A stretch of DNA of 64,000 nt, from the NCBI GenBank assembly GCA_043228905.1, contig JBHGNT010000015.1, positions 10,726,001 to 10,790,000 on the forward strand. The letters are read 5' to 3'. Position 1 is the stretch's first letter. Each line of letters begins with the position of its first letter. The notes under the pieces were generated by a model. It did not search any database. It was not told the origin of the DNA and saw only the letters and a list, made by a program, of their open reading frames with translations. The stretch comes from Azolla caroliniana. Lineage: Eukaryota > Plantae > Polypodiophyta. Made by a program: the position numbers and the translations under genes. Shown here piece by piece: positions 36,567-50,681 of this stretch.

Positions 36567-39500
36567 AGACAGGAACTACACGCTCCCGATGAACAACGCT
36601 CGGCCACAACGGAGCTTAGAATCAAACACAAAAAAATGGGGAATGAATGCACGACACAGGATGTTTAACGTGGAAAACCCTGAGAGGGAAAAACCACGGG
36701 AGTCCACAGACTCCAAACTATCACTATATCACAATGATTACAACAGTGAGCTCACGGAGGCAACGACCTCGTGCTCACGATCTTCGCCATAGACGGCGGT
36801 TACAACAGAGGCAACGACCTCTTCCTCTCTCTCTCTCTCTCTCTCTGTACACACTTACGCGCTCTAATCTTGCACCAACAAGAATAACAACAACTACTAA
36901 GTTTGCCCTAAGTCATATTTATACTAATATGACTTTTCGGCTATTTACAAATATAGCCCCGATGGACTCTCAGAAACATATTTACAAATATGTCCCTTCA
37001 TCCGGTGAGCACTTCTCACCGGGCCTTCATCATCCGGCTCTTGCCGGGTACTCCTCATCCGGTTCTCACCGGGTCTTCCATTGCCGGGTACTTGTCATCC
37101 GGCGCTTGCCGGGTACACCACATCCGGTTCTCATCGGGTCTTCTGTTGCTGGGTAGTCCACATCCGGTTCTCACCGGGTCTTCCGTAGCCGGGTAGTCCA
37201 CATCCGGTTCCGGCCTCGGCCGAGTTTACTCATTAGTACTGTTCTTCTCACTTCCTATCCGGAGGGACCTGTTTCCTAACAAAATCCCCCTTCACTCCAA
37301 CATGGGATGTCTTACTAGTCCGATCCGCTTCCGGCATGCATCCAGCTTGTTGGGTATTAGTACTTTGGTCAACATAACTGACCCGTTCTCGGCCGTGTGG
37401 ATCTTCGTCAGCGCGAACTCCTCGTCATCTACTCTTTCCCGGATCCAGTGATACCTTCGCTAGATATGCTTCCTCCGGGAATGGTAAGCTTCCTCTGGGA
37501 ATGGAAAGCCACATTCTTAGCAAGGTGGATGGCACTTTGACTATCACAATAGAGCCGGTATTCCTCTTGCCGGATACCGAGCTCTCCGATAAAGTCCTTC
37601 ATCCATAATATTTCCTTGCCGGCTTCCACAGCCGCCATGTACTCCACCTCCGTGGTTGACAACGCAACCGTCTTCTGCAGCCTCAACTGCCACGAAACGG
37701 TTCCCCCTGCATATGTCATTACATACCCGGATGTAGACCGCCTGGTATCCACATCAGCCGACATGTCCGAATCGGTAAAACCGTGAAGTTGAGGTTTTCC
37801 GGAGCCGAATCGGAGACACATATTTGAAGTGCCCTTCAAGTACCGGAGTATCCATTTGACCGCGTTCCAGTGCTCCTTGCCGGGATTGCTCATAAACCGG
37901 CTCACCACTCCGACTGTATATCGTATATCCGGTCGAGTACACACCATTGCATACATCAAGCTCCCTACGACAGAGGCATATGGAATCTTCATCATATCAG
38001 CCTTCTCTGCTTTCGTCTGTGGACTTTGCTTACTGGATAATCTGCAGTTTGCCGGAAGTGACGATTCGACCGGTTTTGCATCTGACATGTTGAACCGTTG
38101 AAGCACCTTTGTCACGTACTTCTCCTGTGACAGCCACAATTGCTTCGTTGGCCGGTTTCGGATAATATGCATCCCCAACATCTGTCTTGTCGGACCCAAG
38201 TCTTTCATTGAGAAGGTCCGGTTGAGAGCCTTCTTCAGCATTCGTATTTTGGCTTGGTCCCGTCCGACGATCAACATGTCGTCCACATACAGAAGGAGTA
38301 TAAGGAAGTTGCCTCCTTCGAACTTCTTCACAAACACACAGTGGTCAACCTGTGTCTTGTGGTACCCTTGATTGGTCATGAAGGAGTCGAACTTCCGGTA
38401 CCATTGTCGGGTAGCCTGCTTCAGTCCGTACAACCTCTTCTTCAACCGCCATACCGGGTGCTCATTCCCTTTCTCAACGAATCCTTCCGGTTGCTGCATG
38501 TAGATCTCCTCTTTGAGGTCACCGTGAAGGAATGCCGTCTTCACGTCTAGCTGCTCTACCTCGAGATCCATGCTTGCCGCTATACTCAACATCATACGGA
38601 TGGAGGGCATCTTTACTACTGGGGCAAATATCTCGTCGAAGTCCACACCCTTCTTTTGCTGGAACCCCTTCACCATGATCCTGGCTTTGTATCTCGGGGG
38701 GTTGCCGGCATCTCCCAGTTCCACTTGTTTCAGAGTGCCCGCTTTCCTTTCGGCAACTCCACCAATTCGTACGTATGGTTCTCATGCAGGGAATCCATCT
38801 CATCCTGCATGGCAGTTTACCATTTGCGGCTGTGGGTATCATCCTTCGCTTCTTCGAAGCTTTCTGGCTCCCCCTCATCGGTTAGCAGCACATGCTTTGC
38901 ATCCGGAAATCTCCGGGGGAGCCTTCTCTCTCTGAGAGGATATCTCTATCTTTGGGCCCCTCCATTCACTCTTCATCCGAATCCGATTCGGGGTCTTGGC
39001 CGGTTCCAGTTTCAGCTTCCTCTACTTCTTCTTCTGTCGGTTCGCTATCCTTACCGTAACCGGCTGGTTCCTCAAGTGCTAACCGGTCTCTTTTCGGTTG
39101 GGTCTGCTCATTGTAGAATCGATCCTTACCGGTCGACTCGGAGTTCATTATCTTCTTCTCCGACTCCCAGTCGGCGAGTGTCTTGTCCTCCATGAAGATA
39201 ATATCTCGACTCCAGAATACCTTCTTGTCGACCAAGGCCCACACTCGGTAGTCGAACTCATCGTCGCCGTAACCGAGGAATATGCATGGTCGGGTCTTTG
39301 GATCCAACTTTCCTCGCCGGTCCTTAGCAACATGCACATACGCAAGACACCCGAATACCTTCAGATGCCGGTAGGATACTTCCTTACCGGTCCATACTCT
39401 CTGTGGCGTGTCTCCGTCCAAGGGTACTGAGGGTGATTTGTTTATCACATATGCCGCCGTCGACAGTGCCTGAACCCAAAAATTCTTGGGTAGTTTTGCA

Positions 39501-41159
39501 TGCGCCAACATACTCCGGACCCTCTCCATTATGGTCCGGTTCATCCTCTCGGCCAGCCCGTTTAGTTCCGGCGTCTTCGGCACGGTAAATTCGAGATGGA
39601 TTCCCTTCGAGTGATAGTACTCCTCAAACTGCCCCCGGTATTCACCTCCGTTATCTGCTCGAAACGCCTTCAGCTTCCGGCCGGTTTCTCTTTCCACTCT
39701 CACGTGGAGTTCGTTGAAGACGGATAACAGCTGATCCTTCGTCTTCAACGGTGTGGCCCACAACTTCCGGCTGTGGTCATCTATGAACATCACGAAGTAC
39801 TGCGATTCTGCATGTGACTTCGTGTCTACTTGACACACATCAGTATGCACCAACTCTAGTGGTGCATTACGTCTCATCGGTGGCCTTGGTCGGAAGGAGG
39901 TCCGGTTTCGTGTCTACCGGCCAGACAATCAGTGCACTTCTCCAAGTGCACGTTCTTCACTGGAATGAGGTTGTCGTCTGCAAGCCTCTTCATCCCTTTC
40001 TCGCTCATGTGACACAGCCTTTTGTACCACGGTCACTTCCTCCGGACATAACCGGGCATTCATCAGGTACAACGTGTTTACCTTCCGGGCCCGAGCCACA
40101 ATCAGGCTCCCTTTGCTGAACTTCAAAACACCGTTCCGGATGCTACCCGTGTAGCCTTCATCATCTAGCGGACCGACTGATATCAGGTTCAGACGAACCT
40201 CCGGAATGTGTCGGACATCCTTCAATAGCAGCTTGCATCCGGTTGGTGTTGCCAGCCACACGTCTCCTATGCCGAAAATTCGGCATGTACCTTCATTCCC
40301 CATCCGGACACAACCGTGATCACCGGCTGAGTAGGATGAGAAGCATTTCCGGTCCGAGGTAAGGTGGAACGACGCTCCGGAGTTGACCACCCAGGTCATC
40401 TCGTCGCCGGCAAGGTTTATCTCATCTGCGAGAGGTACTTCCAATGATGTTGCCTGGTGGATCAGCCCCTGGAAGGCCTTCATGTGCTCCGCCATGCTGG
40501 AGCCATCTTGGTACCGGAGTCTTACTAGCTTCCGGAATACCGAAACCTGATTAACAACATTTTTGTTTTGAAACATAATGCCGATCTTCTCCCAGAGCTC
40601 ATGAGCCTTGCTCTCTTCATTGAAGTTGTTGTATAGGCTCATGTCGATGAAGCACCGTATGTACGCCATTGTCTTCATGTGCATCACATCCCATATCGTT
40701 CGTGACATCGATTTTGTCCGGTCTCTTGTCCCCGAACTGAACCGGCAACCAAAGATCTTTAACCACGAGCATGTCCCTCATCTTCGACTTTCACACCGAA
40801 TAGTTGGAACCGGTGAGCTTGAACATGCCTCCCAACGAATCGTCCATTTTCTGTGTCATTTTGCTATGATACCACTTGACAGGAACTACACGCTCCCGAT
40901 GAACAACGCTCGACCACAACCGAGCTTAGAATCAAACACAGAAAAACGGGGAATGAATGCACAACACAATGGAGAGAAGAGTACACAGGATGTTTAACGT
41001 GGAAAACCCTGAGAAGGAAAAACCACGGGAGTCCACAGACTCCAAACTATCACTATATCACAATGATTACAACACTGAGCTCATGGAGGCAACGACCTCG
41101 TGCTCACGATCTTCGCCACAGGCGGCGGTTACAAGAGAGGCAGAGGCAACGACCTCTTC

Positions 41160-41230
<71 letters not shown>

Positions 41231-41724
41231 CACAGTTACGCGCTCTAATCTTATACCAACAAGAATAACAACAACTCCTAAGTTTGCCCTAAGTTATATT
41301 TATACTAATATGACTTTTCGGCTATTTACAAATATAGCCCCGATGGACTCTCAGAAACATATTTACAAATATGTCCCTTCATCCGGTGAGCACTTCTCAC
41401 CGGGCCTTCATCATCCGGCTCTTGCCGGGTACTCCTTTTCCGGTTCTCACCGGGTCCTCCGTAGCCGGGTACTCGTCATCCGGCGCTTGCCGGGTACACC
41501 ACATCCGGTTCTCATCGGGTCTTCCGTTGTCGGGTACTTGTCATCCGGCGCTTGCCGGGTACACCACATCCGGTTCTCACCGGGTCTTCCGTTGCCGGGT
41601 AGTCCACTGCCGGTTCTCGGGTCTTCCGTAGCCGGGTAGTCCACATCCGGTTCCGGCCTCAACCGAGTTTGCTCATCAGTACTGTTCTTCTCATTTCCCA
41701 TCCGGAGGGACTTGTTTCTTAACA
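36567..41724 (-). mobile_element. Copia B2, two LTRs, internally deleted
   Basis: LTRs 36567-37281 and 40877-41724, PBS near 40863-40874, TSD TTAAT/TTAAC. RT-RH ORF 37429-38724 (YVDD), INT ORF 38966-39877, gag fused to PR (EVPLADE|INLAGDEMTW). Confidence 0.93.
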
Positions 41725-41771
41725 TTAACAAGGGAGATCAACCCTTTTTATACATGTAGTGATGTATGATA

Positions 41772-44700
41772 TGACGGGAACCCAACGTTCCTTAGGCACA
41801 ACGCTCGGCCACAACCGAGCTTAGAATGATACACAGAAAAACGGGAAATAAAACACGACACAAAGAGGAGGTAGATACACAGGAGGTTTACGTGGAAAAA
41901 CCCAAACTAGGGGAAAAAACCACGGCAGCCCACAGGTTGCAAACTGTCACTATGTAAGAATGTACAACAGTGAGTTCACTGAGGCAACGACCTCGTGCTC
42001 ATAGATCTTCGCCACAGGCGGCAGTAACAACAGAGGCAACGACCTCTCTCTCTCTCTCTCTCTCTCTCTGTACAATTACGCACACTAATCTCGTGCAAAA
42101 CAGAAAAATGACAACCACAACTAAAAGTTTGCCCTAAGTCATATTTATACTAATATGACTTTTCGGCTATTTACAAATATAGCGTCGATGAACTCTCAGG
42201 AAACATATTTACGAATATGTCTCTTCATCCGGTTCATATCGGGTCTGCACCATCCGGCTCTCCGTAGCCGGGTACTCCTCATCCGGTCTTCACCGGGTCT
42301 GTATCATCTGGCTCTCCGTAGCCGAGTACTCCTCATCCTGTCTTCACCGGGTCTGTATCATCCGGCTCTTCGTAGCCGGGTACTCCTCATCCGGTCTTCA
42401 CCGGGTCTGTATCATCTGGCTCTCCGTAGCCGAGTACTCCTCATCCTGTCTTCACCGGGTCTGTATCATCCGGCTCTTCGTAGCCGGGTTTGTTCATCGG
42501 CACTGTTCTTCTCCCTTCCCATCCGGAGGGACCTATCTCCCAACAAATTCCCCCTTCACTCCGGCATGGGGTGTCTTACTAGTCCAATCCTCTTCCGGCA
42601 TGCGTCCAGCTTGTCAGGTGTCAGCACTTTGGTCAGCATATCTGACCCGTTCTCGGCCATGTGGATCTTCGTCAGTGCGAACTCCTGGTCATCTACTCTC
42701 TCCCGGATCCAGTGGTACCTCCGCTAGATATGCTTCGTCCTGGAATGGTAGGCTGCATTCTTAGCAAGGTGGATGGCACTTTGACTGTCGCAGTAGAGTC
42801 GGTATTCCTCTTGCCGGATACCGAGCTCTCCGATGAAATCCTTAATCCATAATATTTCCTTGCCGGCTTCCATAGCCGCCATGTACTCTGCCTCTGTGGT
42901 TGACAAAGCAACCGTCTTCTGCAGCCTCGACTGCCACGAAACAGCTCCCCCTGCATATGTCATCACATACCCGGATGTAGACCGGCTGGTATCCACATCA
43001 GCCGACATGTCCGAATCGGTAAAACCGTGAAGTTGAGGTTTTCCGGAGCCAAATCGGAGACACATATTTGAAGTGCCCTTCAAGTACCGGAGTATCCATT
43101 TGACCGCGTTCTAGTGCTCCTTGTCAGGATTACTCATGAACCGGCTCACCACTCCGACTGCGTATCCTATATCCGGTCGGGTACACACCATAGTGTACAT
43201 CAAGCTCCCGACAACAGAGGCATATGGAATCTTCATCATATCTGCCTTCTCTGCTTTCGTCTTCAGGCTTTGCTTACCGGATAGCCTACAGTTTGCCGGA
43301 AGTGTCGATCCGACCGGTTTCGCATCTGACATGTTGAATAGGTGAAGCACCTTTGTCACGTACTTCTCCTGTGACAGCCATAGTTGCTTCGCTGACCGGT
43401 TCTGGATGATGTGCATCCCCAGCATCTGCCTTGCCGGACCCAAGTCTTTCATTGAGAAGGTCCGGTTGAGAGCCTTCTTCAGCATCTGTATTTTGACTTG
43501 GTCCCGTCCGACGATCAACATGTCATCCACGTACAGAAGGAGTATCAGGAAGTCTCCTCCTTCGAACTACTTCACAAACACGCAGTGATCTGCCTGCGTC
43601 TTGTGGTACCCTTGATGGTCATGAAGGAGTCGAACTTCCGGTACCATTGTCGGGGAGCCTGCTTCAGTCCGTACAGGCTCTTCTTCAACCGGCATACCAG
43701 GTCCTCCTTCCCTTTCTCCACGAATCCTTCCGGTTGCTGCATGTAGATCTCCTCTTCGAGGTTGCCGTGAAGGAATGCCGTCTTCACGTCCAGCTGCTCT
43801 ACGTCGAGGTCCATGGTTGCTGCTATACTCAGCACCCTCCGGATGGAGGTCATCTTTACTACCGGGCCAAATATCTCGTCGAAGTCCATGCCCTTCTTCT
43901 GCTGGAACCCCTTCACCACGATCCTGACTTTGTATCTCGGGGGGTTCCCGGCATCTCCTGGTTTCAACTTGTAGACCCACTTGTTTCGAAGTGCCCGCAT
44001 TCCTTTCGGCAATTCCACCAATTCATACGTATGGTTCTCACGCAGGGAATCCATCTCGTCCTGCATGGCACTTAACCATTTTCGGATGTGGGTGTTATCC
44101 TTCGCTTCTTCGAAGCTTTCCGGCTCCCCCTCATCGGTCAGAAGAACATGCTCTGCATCCGGAAATCTCCGGGGCGCCCTTCTCTCTCTAAGAGGATATC
44201 TCCGTCTTCGGGCTTCGGTAATCGGCTCGTCCATCTGCTCTTCATCCGAATCCGATTCGGGGTCTTGGCCGGTTCCGGTTTCAGCTTCCTCTACTTCTTC
44301 TTCAGCCCGTTCGGTATCCTCACCGTAACCGTCTGGTCCCTCGAGTGCTAACCGGTCTGTTGCCGGTTGGGACTGCTCATTGTAGAGTCGATCCTTACCG
44401 GTCGACTCGGAGTTCATTATCTTCTCCTCCGACTCCCAGTCGGCGAGCATCTTGTTCTCCATGAAGATAATATCTCGACTTCGGAATACCTTCTTATCGA
44501 CCAGGTCCCACACTCGGTAGTCGAACTCATCGTCACCGTAACCGAGGAATATGCATGGCCGGGTCTTTGGATCTAGCTTTCCTCTCCGGTCCTTAGCTAC
44601 ATGCACGTACGCGAGACACCTGAACACCTTCAGATACTGCCCCCGGTACTCTCCTCCGTTATCTGCTCGAACCGCCTTCAGCTTCCGGCCGGTTTCTCTT

Positions 44701-47656
44701 TCCACTCTCGCGTGGAGCTCTTTGAAGACGGATAGCACCTGATCCTTCTTCTTCAGCAGTGTGGCCCACAGATTCCGGCTGTGGTCATCTATGAACGTCA
44801 CGAAGTACTGCGCTCCGGCATGTGACTTCGTGTCTACTTGACACACATCCGTATGCACCAACTCCAGTGGTGCATTAAGTCTCATCGGTGGCCTTGCTCG
44901 GAAGGAGGTCCGGTTCTGCTTACCGGCCAGACAATCAGTGCACTTCTCTAAGTGCACGTTCTTCACTAGAATGAGGTTGTCGTCTGCAAGCCTCTTCATC
45001 CCCTTCTCGCTCATATGACACAGCCTCTTGTGCCACAGCTCATCAGTAGTCGAACTCATCGTCGCCGTAACCGAGGAATATGCATGGTCGGGTCTTTGGA
45101 TCCAACTTTCCTCGCCGGTCCTTAGCAACATGCACATACGCAAGACACCCGAATACCTTCAGATGCCGGTAGGATACTTCCTTACCGGTCCATACTCTGT
45201 GTGGCGTGTCTCCGTCCAAGGGTACTGAGGGTGATTTCTTTATCACATATGCCGCCGTCGACAGTGCCTGAACCCAAAACTTCTTGGGTAGTTTTGCATG
45301 CGCCAACATACTCCGGACCCTCTCCATTATGGTCCGGTTCATCCTCTCGGCCAGCCCGTTTAGTTCCGGCGTCTTCGGCACGGTAAATTCGAGATGGATT
45401 CCCTTTGAGGGATAGTACTCCTCAAACTGCCCCCGGTATTCACCTCCGTTATCTGCTCGAACCGCCTTCAGCTTCCTGCCGGTTTCTCTTTCCACTCTCA
45501 CGTGGAGTTCTTTGAAGACGGATAACAGCTGATCCTTCGTCTTCAACGGTGTGGCCCACAACTTCCGGCTGTGGTCATCTATGAACATCACGAAGTACTG
45601 CGATTCTGCATGTGACTTCGTGTCTACTTGACACACATCCGTATGCACCAACTCGAGTGGTGCATTAAGTCTCATCGGTGGCCTTGCTCGGAAGGAGGTC
45701 CGGTTCTGCTTACCGGCCAGACAATCAGTGCACTTCTCTAAGTGCACGTTCTTCACTAGAATGAGGTTGTCATCTGCAAGCCTCTTCATCCCCTTCTCGC
45801 TCATATGACACAGCCTCTTGTGCCACAACTCATCGGTAGTGTCGGATGCCACGTTCACTTCTTCCGGACATAACCGGGCATTCATCAGGTACAACGTGTT
45901 GACCTTCCGGGCCCGAGCCACAATCAGGCTCCCTTTGTTGAACTTCATGACCCCGTTCCAGATGCTACCCATGTAGCCTTTATCATCTACCCGACCGGCT
46001 GATATCAGGTTCATACGAACCTCCGGAACGTGTCGGACATCCTTTAGCAGCAACTTGCATCCAGTTGGTATTGACAGCCACACGTCTCCTATGCCGACAA
46101 TTTGGCACGTACCTTCATTCCCCATGCGAACACAGCCGTGGTCACCGGCTGAGTAGGATGAGAAGCATTTCCGGTCTGGGGTAAGGTGGAACGACGCTCC
46201 GGAGTCTACCACCTAGGTCATCTCGTCGCCGGCAAGGTTTATCTCACTCTCTCCGGTGATGAGCATCAACTCTTCTTCACTTGCCGCGATTGTCGTCGTT
46301 CCCTTCCGGTCTTTTACGTTCCGGTCCGGGGTCCGTTTCGAATCGGCACCGTCGGTTTACTTGTCTTTACGGAAGTGTCGACAGTTCTTCTGGAAGTGTC
46401 CTGGCTTGCCGCAATAGAAGTAAGTAGGCCTCCCCCTTGACTTTGACCGTGTCCCCGACTTCTCCCGGTTCTGGGGACTACGGTTTCTATGTCTTCCACG
46501 TTCCGATTCGGTAATGAGCACTTTGGAGTTGGAGTTTGTATCCTTATTTTTACGACGCGCCTCCTCATCTAGCAAGCTCGACTTTACTCTTGCTAGGGAT
46601 AACCGCTTTCCTTCCGGCCCGGTGTTGCCCAAAGTGACAACCAACGTCTCCCAGCTATCCGGGAGGGAACCGAGCAGGAGTAGCGCTAGTACCTCATCGG
46701 CGAGAGGTACTTCCAATGAAGTTGCCTGATGGATCAGCCCCTGGAAGGCATTCATGTGCTCCGCCATGCTGGAGCCATCTTGGTACCGGAGTCTTACTAG
46801 CCTTCGGAATACCGACACCTGATTGACAACATTTTTGTTTTGAAACATTATGCCGATCTTCTCTTCATTGAAGTTGTTGTATAGGCTCATGTCGATGAAG
46901 CACCGTATGTACGCCGTTGTCTTCATGTGCATCACCTCCCATATTGTGGCGTCGATCTTGTCCGGTCTCTTGTCCCCGAACTGAACTGGTAGCCAAAGAT
47001 CTTTAACCACGAGCATGTCTCTCATCTTCGACTTCCACATTGAATAGTTGGAGCTGGTGAGATTGAATATGCCGCCAAACGATTCGTCCATTTTCTGTGT
47101 CGTTTTGCTCTGATACCACTTGACGGGAACCCAACGTTCCTTATGCACAACGGTCGGCCACAACCGAGCTTAGAATTATACACAGAAAAACGGGAAATAA
47201 AACACGACACAAAGAGGAAGAAGATACACAAGAGGTTTACGTGGAAAAACCTAAACTAGGGGGAAAAACCATGGCAGCCCACAGGCTGCAAACTGTCACT
47301 ATGTAAGAATGTACAACAGTGCGTTCACTGAGGCAACAACCTCGTGCTCACGATGTTCGCCACAGGCGGCGGTTACAACAGAGGCAGAGGCAACGACCTC
47401 TCTCTCTCTCTCTCTCTCTCTATACAGTTACGCACACTAATCTCGTGCAAAACAGAAAAATGACAACCACAACTAAAAGTTTGCCCTAAGTCATATTTAT
47501 ACTAATATGACTTTTCGGCTATTTACAAATATAGCCTCGATGAACTCTCAGGAAACATATTTACGAATATGTCTCTTCATCTGGTTCATACCGGGTCTGC
47601 ACCATCCGGCTCTCCGTAGCCGGGTACTCCTCATCCGGTCTTCACCGGGTCTGTAT
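41772..47656 (-). mobile_element. Copia B3 with an internal integrase-region duplication; 5' LTR truncated
   Basis: LTRs 41772-42545 and 47121-~47656, PBS 47107-47118. gag with zinc-knuckle remnant (FYCGKPGHFQKNC), PR VDSGASFH, INT present twice, then RT and RH. Confidence 0.92.
42250..42490. repeat. 54-bp CCGG-rich tandem repeat (about 5 units, alternating variants) in the B-family LTR
   Basis: GGCTCT(C/T)CGTAGCC occurs at 42256, 42310, 42364, 42418 and 42472. Confidence 0.9.
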
Positions 47657-50628
47657 CTCGTCAAAGTCCACGCCCTTTTTCTGCTGGAACCCCTTCACCA
47701 CGATCCTGGCTTTGTCTCTCGTGGGGTTGCCGGCATCTTCCGGTTTCAACTTGTACACCCACTTGTTTCGGAGTGCCCGCTTTCCTTTCGGCAACTCCAC
47801 GAATTCGTACGTATGGTTCTCATGCAGGGAATCCATCTCATCCTGCATGGCACTTAACCATTTGCGGTTGTGGGTGTCATCCTTCACTTCTTCGAAGCTT
47901 TCCGGCTCCCCCTCATCGGTCAGCAGAACATGCTCTGCATCCGGAAATCTCCAGGGGGCCCTTCTCTCTCTGAGAGGATATCTCTGTCTTCGGGTTTCGG
48001 TAACCGGTTCCTCCATTTGCTCTTCATCTGAATCCGATTCGGGGTCTTGGCCGGTTCCGGTCTCAGCTTCCTTTACTTCTTCTTCTGCCGGTTCGGTATC
48101 CTCACCGTAACCGGTTGGTTCCTCGAGTGCTAACCGGTCTCTTGCCGATTGGGTCTGCTCATCGTAGAGTCTATCCTTACCGGTCGACTCGGAGTTCATT
48201 ATCTTCTTCACCGACTCCCAGTCGGCGAGCGTCTTGTCCTCCATGAAGATACTATCTCGACTCCGGAATACCTTCTTGTCGACCAGGTCCCACACTCGGT
48301 AGCCGAACTCATCGTCACCGTAACCGAGGAATATGCATGGCCGGGTCTTTGGATCTAACTTTCCTCTCCAGTCCTTAGCTACAAGCACGTACGCGAGACA
48401 CCCGAACACCTTCAGATGCCAGTAGGACACTTCCTTACCGGTCCATACTCTTTGTGGCGTGTCTTCGTCCAAGGGTACTAAGGGTGATCTGTTTATCACA
48501 TATGTCGCCGTTGACAGTGCCTCAGCCCAAAACTTCTTGGGTAGTTTTGCATGCGCTAGCATACTCCGGACCCTCTCCATTATGGTCCGGTTCATCCTCT
48601 CGGCCAGTCCATTTAGTTCCGACATCTTCGGCACGGTAAATTCGAGCCGGATTCCCTTCGAGCGGCAGTACTCCTCGATCTGCTCGAACCGTCTTCAGCT
48701 TCCGGCCGATTTCTCTTTCCACTCTCGTGTGGAGCTCTTTGAAGACGGATAGCACCTGATCCTTGGTCTTCAACGGGGTGGCCCACAGCTTCTGGCTGTG
48801 GTCATCTATGAACGTCACGAAGTACTGCGCTTCGGCATGTGACTTCGTGTCTACTCAGTATGCACCACCTCCAATGGTGCATTACGTCTCATCGGTGGCC
48901 TTGGTCGGAAGGAGGTCCGATTTTGCTTACCGGCCAAACAATCAGTGCACTTCTCCAAGTGCACGTTCTTCACTGGAATGAGGTTGTCTTCTGCAAGCCT
49001 CTTCATCCCCTTCTCGCTCATGTGACACAACCTCTTGTGCCACAGCTCACCGGCAGTGTCGGATGCCACGTTCACTTCCTCCGGACATAACCGGGCATTC
49101 ATTAGGTACAGAGTGTTGACCTTCCGGGCCCGAGCCACAATCAGGCTCCCCTTGCTGAACTTCATGACACCGTTCCGGATGCTACCGGTGTAGCCTTCAT
49201 CATCTAGCCGACCGGCTGATATCAGGTTCAGTCGAACCTCCGGAACGTGTCGGACATCCTTCAGCAGCAACTTGCATCCGGTTGGTGTCGACAACCACAT
49301 GTCTCCTACGCCGAGAATTCGGCAGGTACCTTCATTCCCCATCCGGACACAGCCGTGATCACCGGCTGAGCAGGATGAGAAGCATTTTCGGTCCGGGGTA
49401 AGGTGGAACGACACTCCGGACTCTACCACCCAAGTCATCTCATCGCCGGCAAGGGTTATCTCACTCTCCTCGGTGATGAGCATCAACTCCTCTTCACTTG
49501 CCGCGATTGTCGTCGTTCCCTTCCGATCCGGTCCCCTTCGGTCTTTACCGTTCCGGTCCGGGGTCCGCTTGGAATCGGTACCGTCGGGTTCCTTGTCTTT
49601 TCGGAAATGCCGACAGTTCTTCTGGAAGTGTCCCGGCTTGCTGCAATAGAAGCAAGTAGGCCTCCCCCTTGACTTTGACCGCGTCCCCGACTTTTCCCGG
49701 TTCTGGGGACTACGGTTTCTTGGTCTTTCGTGTTCCGATTCGGTAAGGAGCGCTTTGGAGTCGGAGCTTGTATCCTTATCTTTCCGACACGCCTCCTCAT
49801 CTAGCAAGCTCGACTTTACTCTTGCTAGGGATAACCGTTTCCCTTCCGGCCCGGCATTGCCCAAAGTGACAACCAGCGTCTCCCAGCTATCCGGGAGGGA
49901 ACCGAGCAAGAGTAGCGCTAGTACCTCGTCGGCGAGAGGTACTTCCAATGAAGTTGCCTGGTGGATCAGCCCCTGGAAGGCATTCATGTGCTCCGCCATG
50001 TTGGAGCCATCTTTGTACCGGAGTCTTACTAGCTTCCGGAATACCGAAACCTGATTAACAACATTTTTGTTTCGAAACATTATGTCGATCTTCTCCCAGA
50101 GCTCATGGGCCTTGCTCTCTTCATTGAAGTTGTTGTACATGCTCATGTCGATGAAGCACCGTATGTTCGCCATTGTCTTCATGTGCATCACATCCCATAT
50201 CGCGGTGTCGATTTTGTCTGGTCTCTTGTCCCCGAACTGAACCGGCAGCCAGAGGTCTTTAACCACAAGCATGTCCCTCATCTTCGACTTCCACACTGAA
50301 TAGTTGGAGCCGGTGAGCTTGAACATGCCTCCCAATGAATCGTCCATTTTCTGTGTCGTTTCGCTCTGATACCACTTGAAGGGAACAACATGCTCCCTGT
50401 ACGCAATGCTCGGCCACAACCGAGCTTAGAATCATACACAGAAAACGGGAAATAATGAACGACACGAAGAAGAGACGAGTACACCAGATGTTTACGTGGA
50501 AAACCCAAACAGGGAAAAACCACGCTGCAAACTATCACTATGTTAGAATGTACAACAGAGAGTTCACGGAGGCAACGACCTCGTGCTCACAATCTTCGCC
50601 ACAGGCGGCGGTTACAACAGAGGCAACG

Positions 50629-50681
<53 letters not shown>

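Noticed and set aside
41063-42727. ORFs of 60-190 aa inside B-family LTRs (also 36647-37196 and 50455-51125)
   Set aside because: They arise from (CT)n tracts and stop-poor 54-bp repeats and show no protein motifs.
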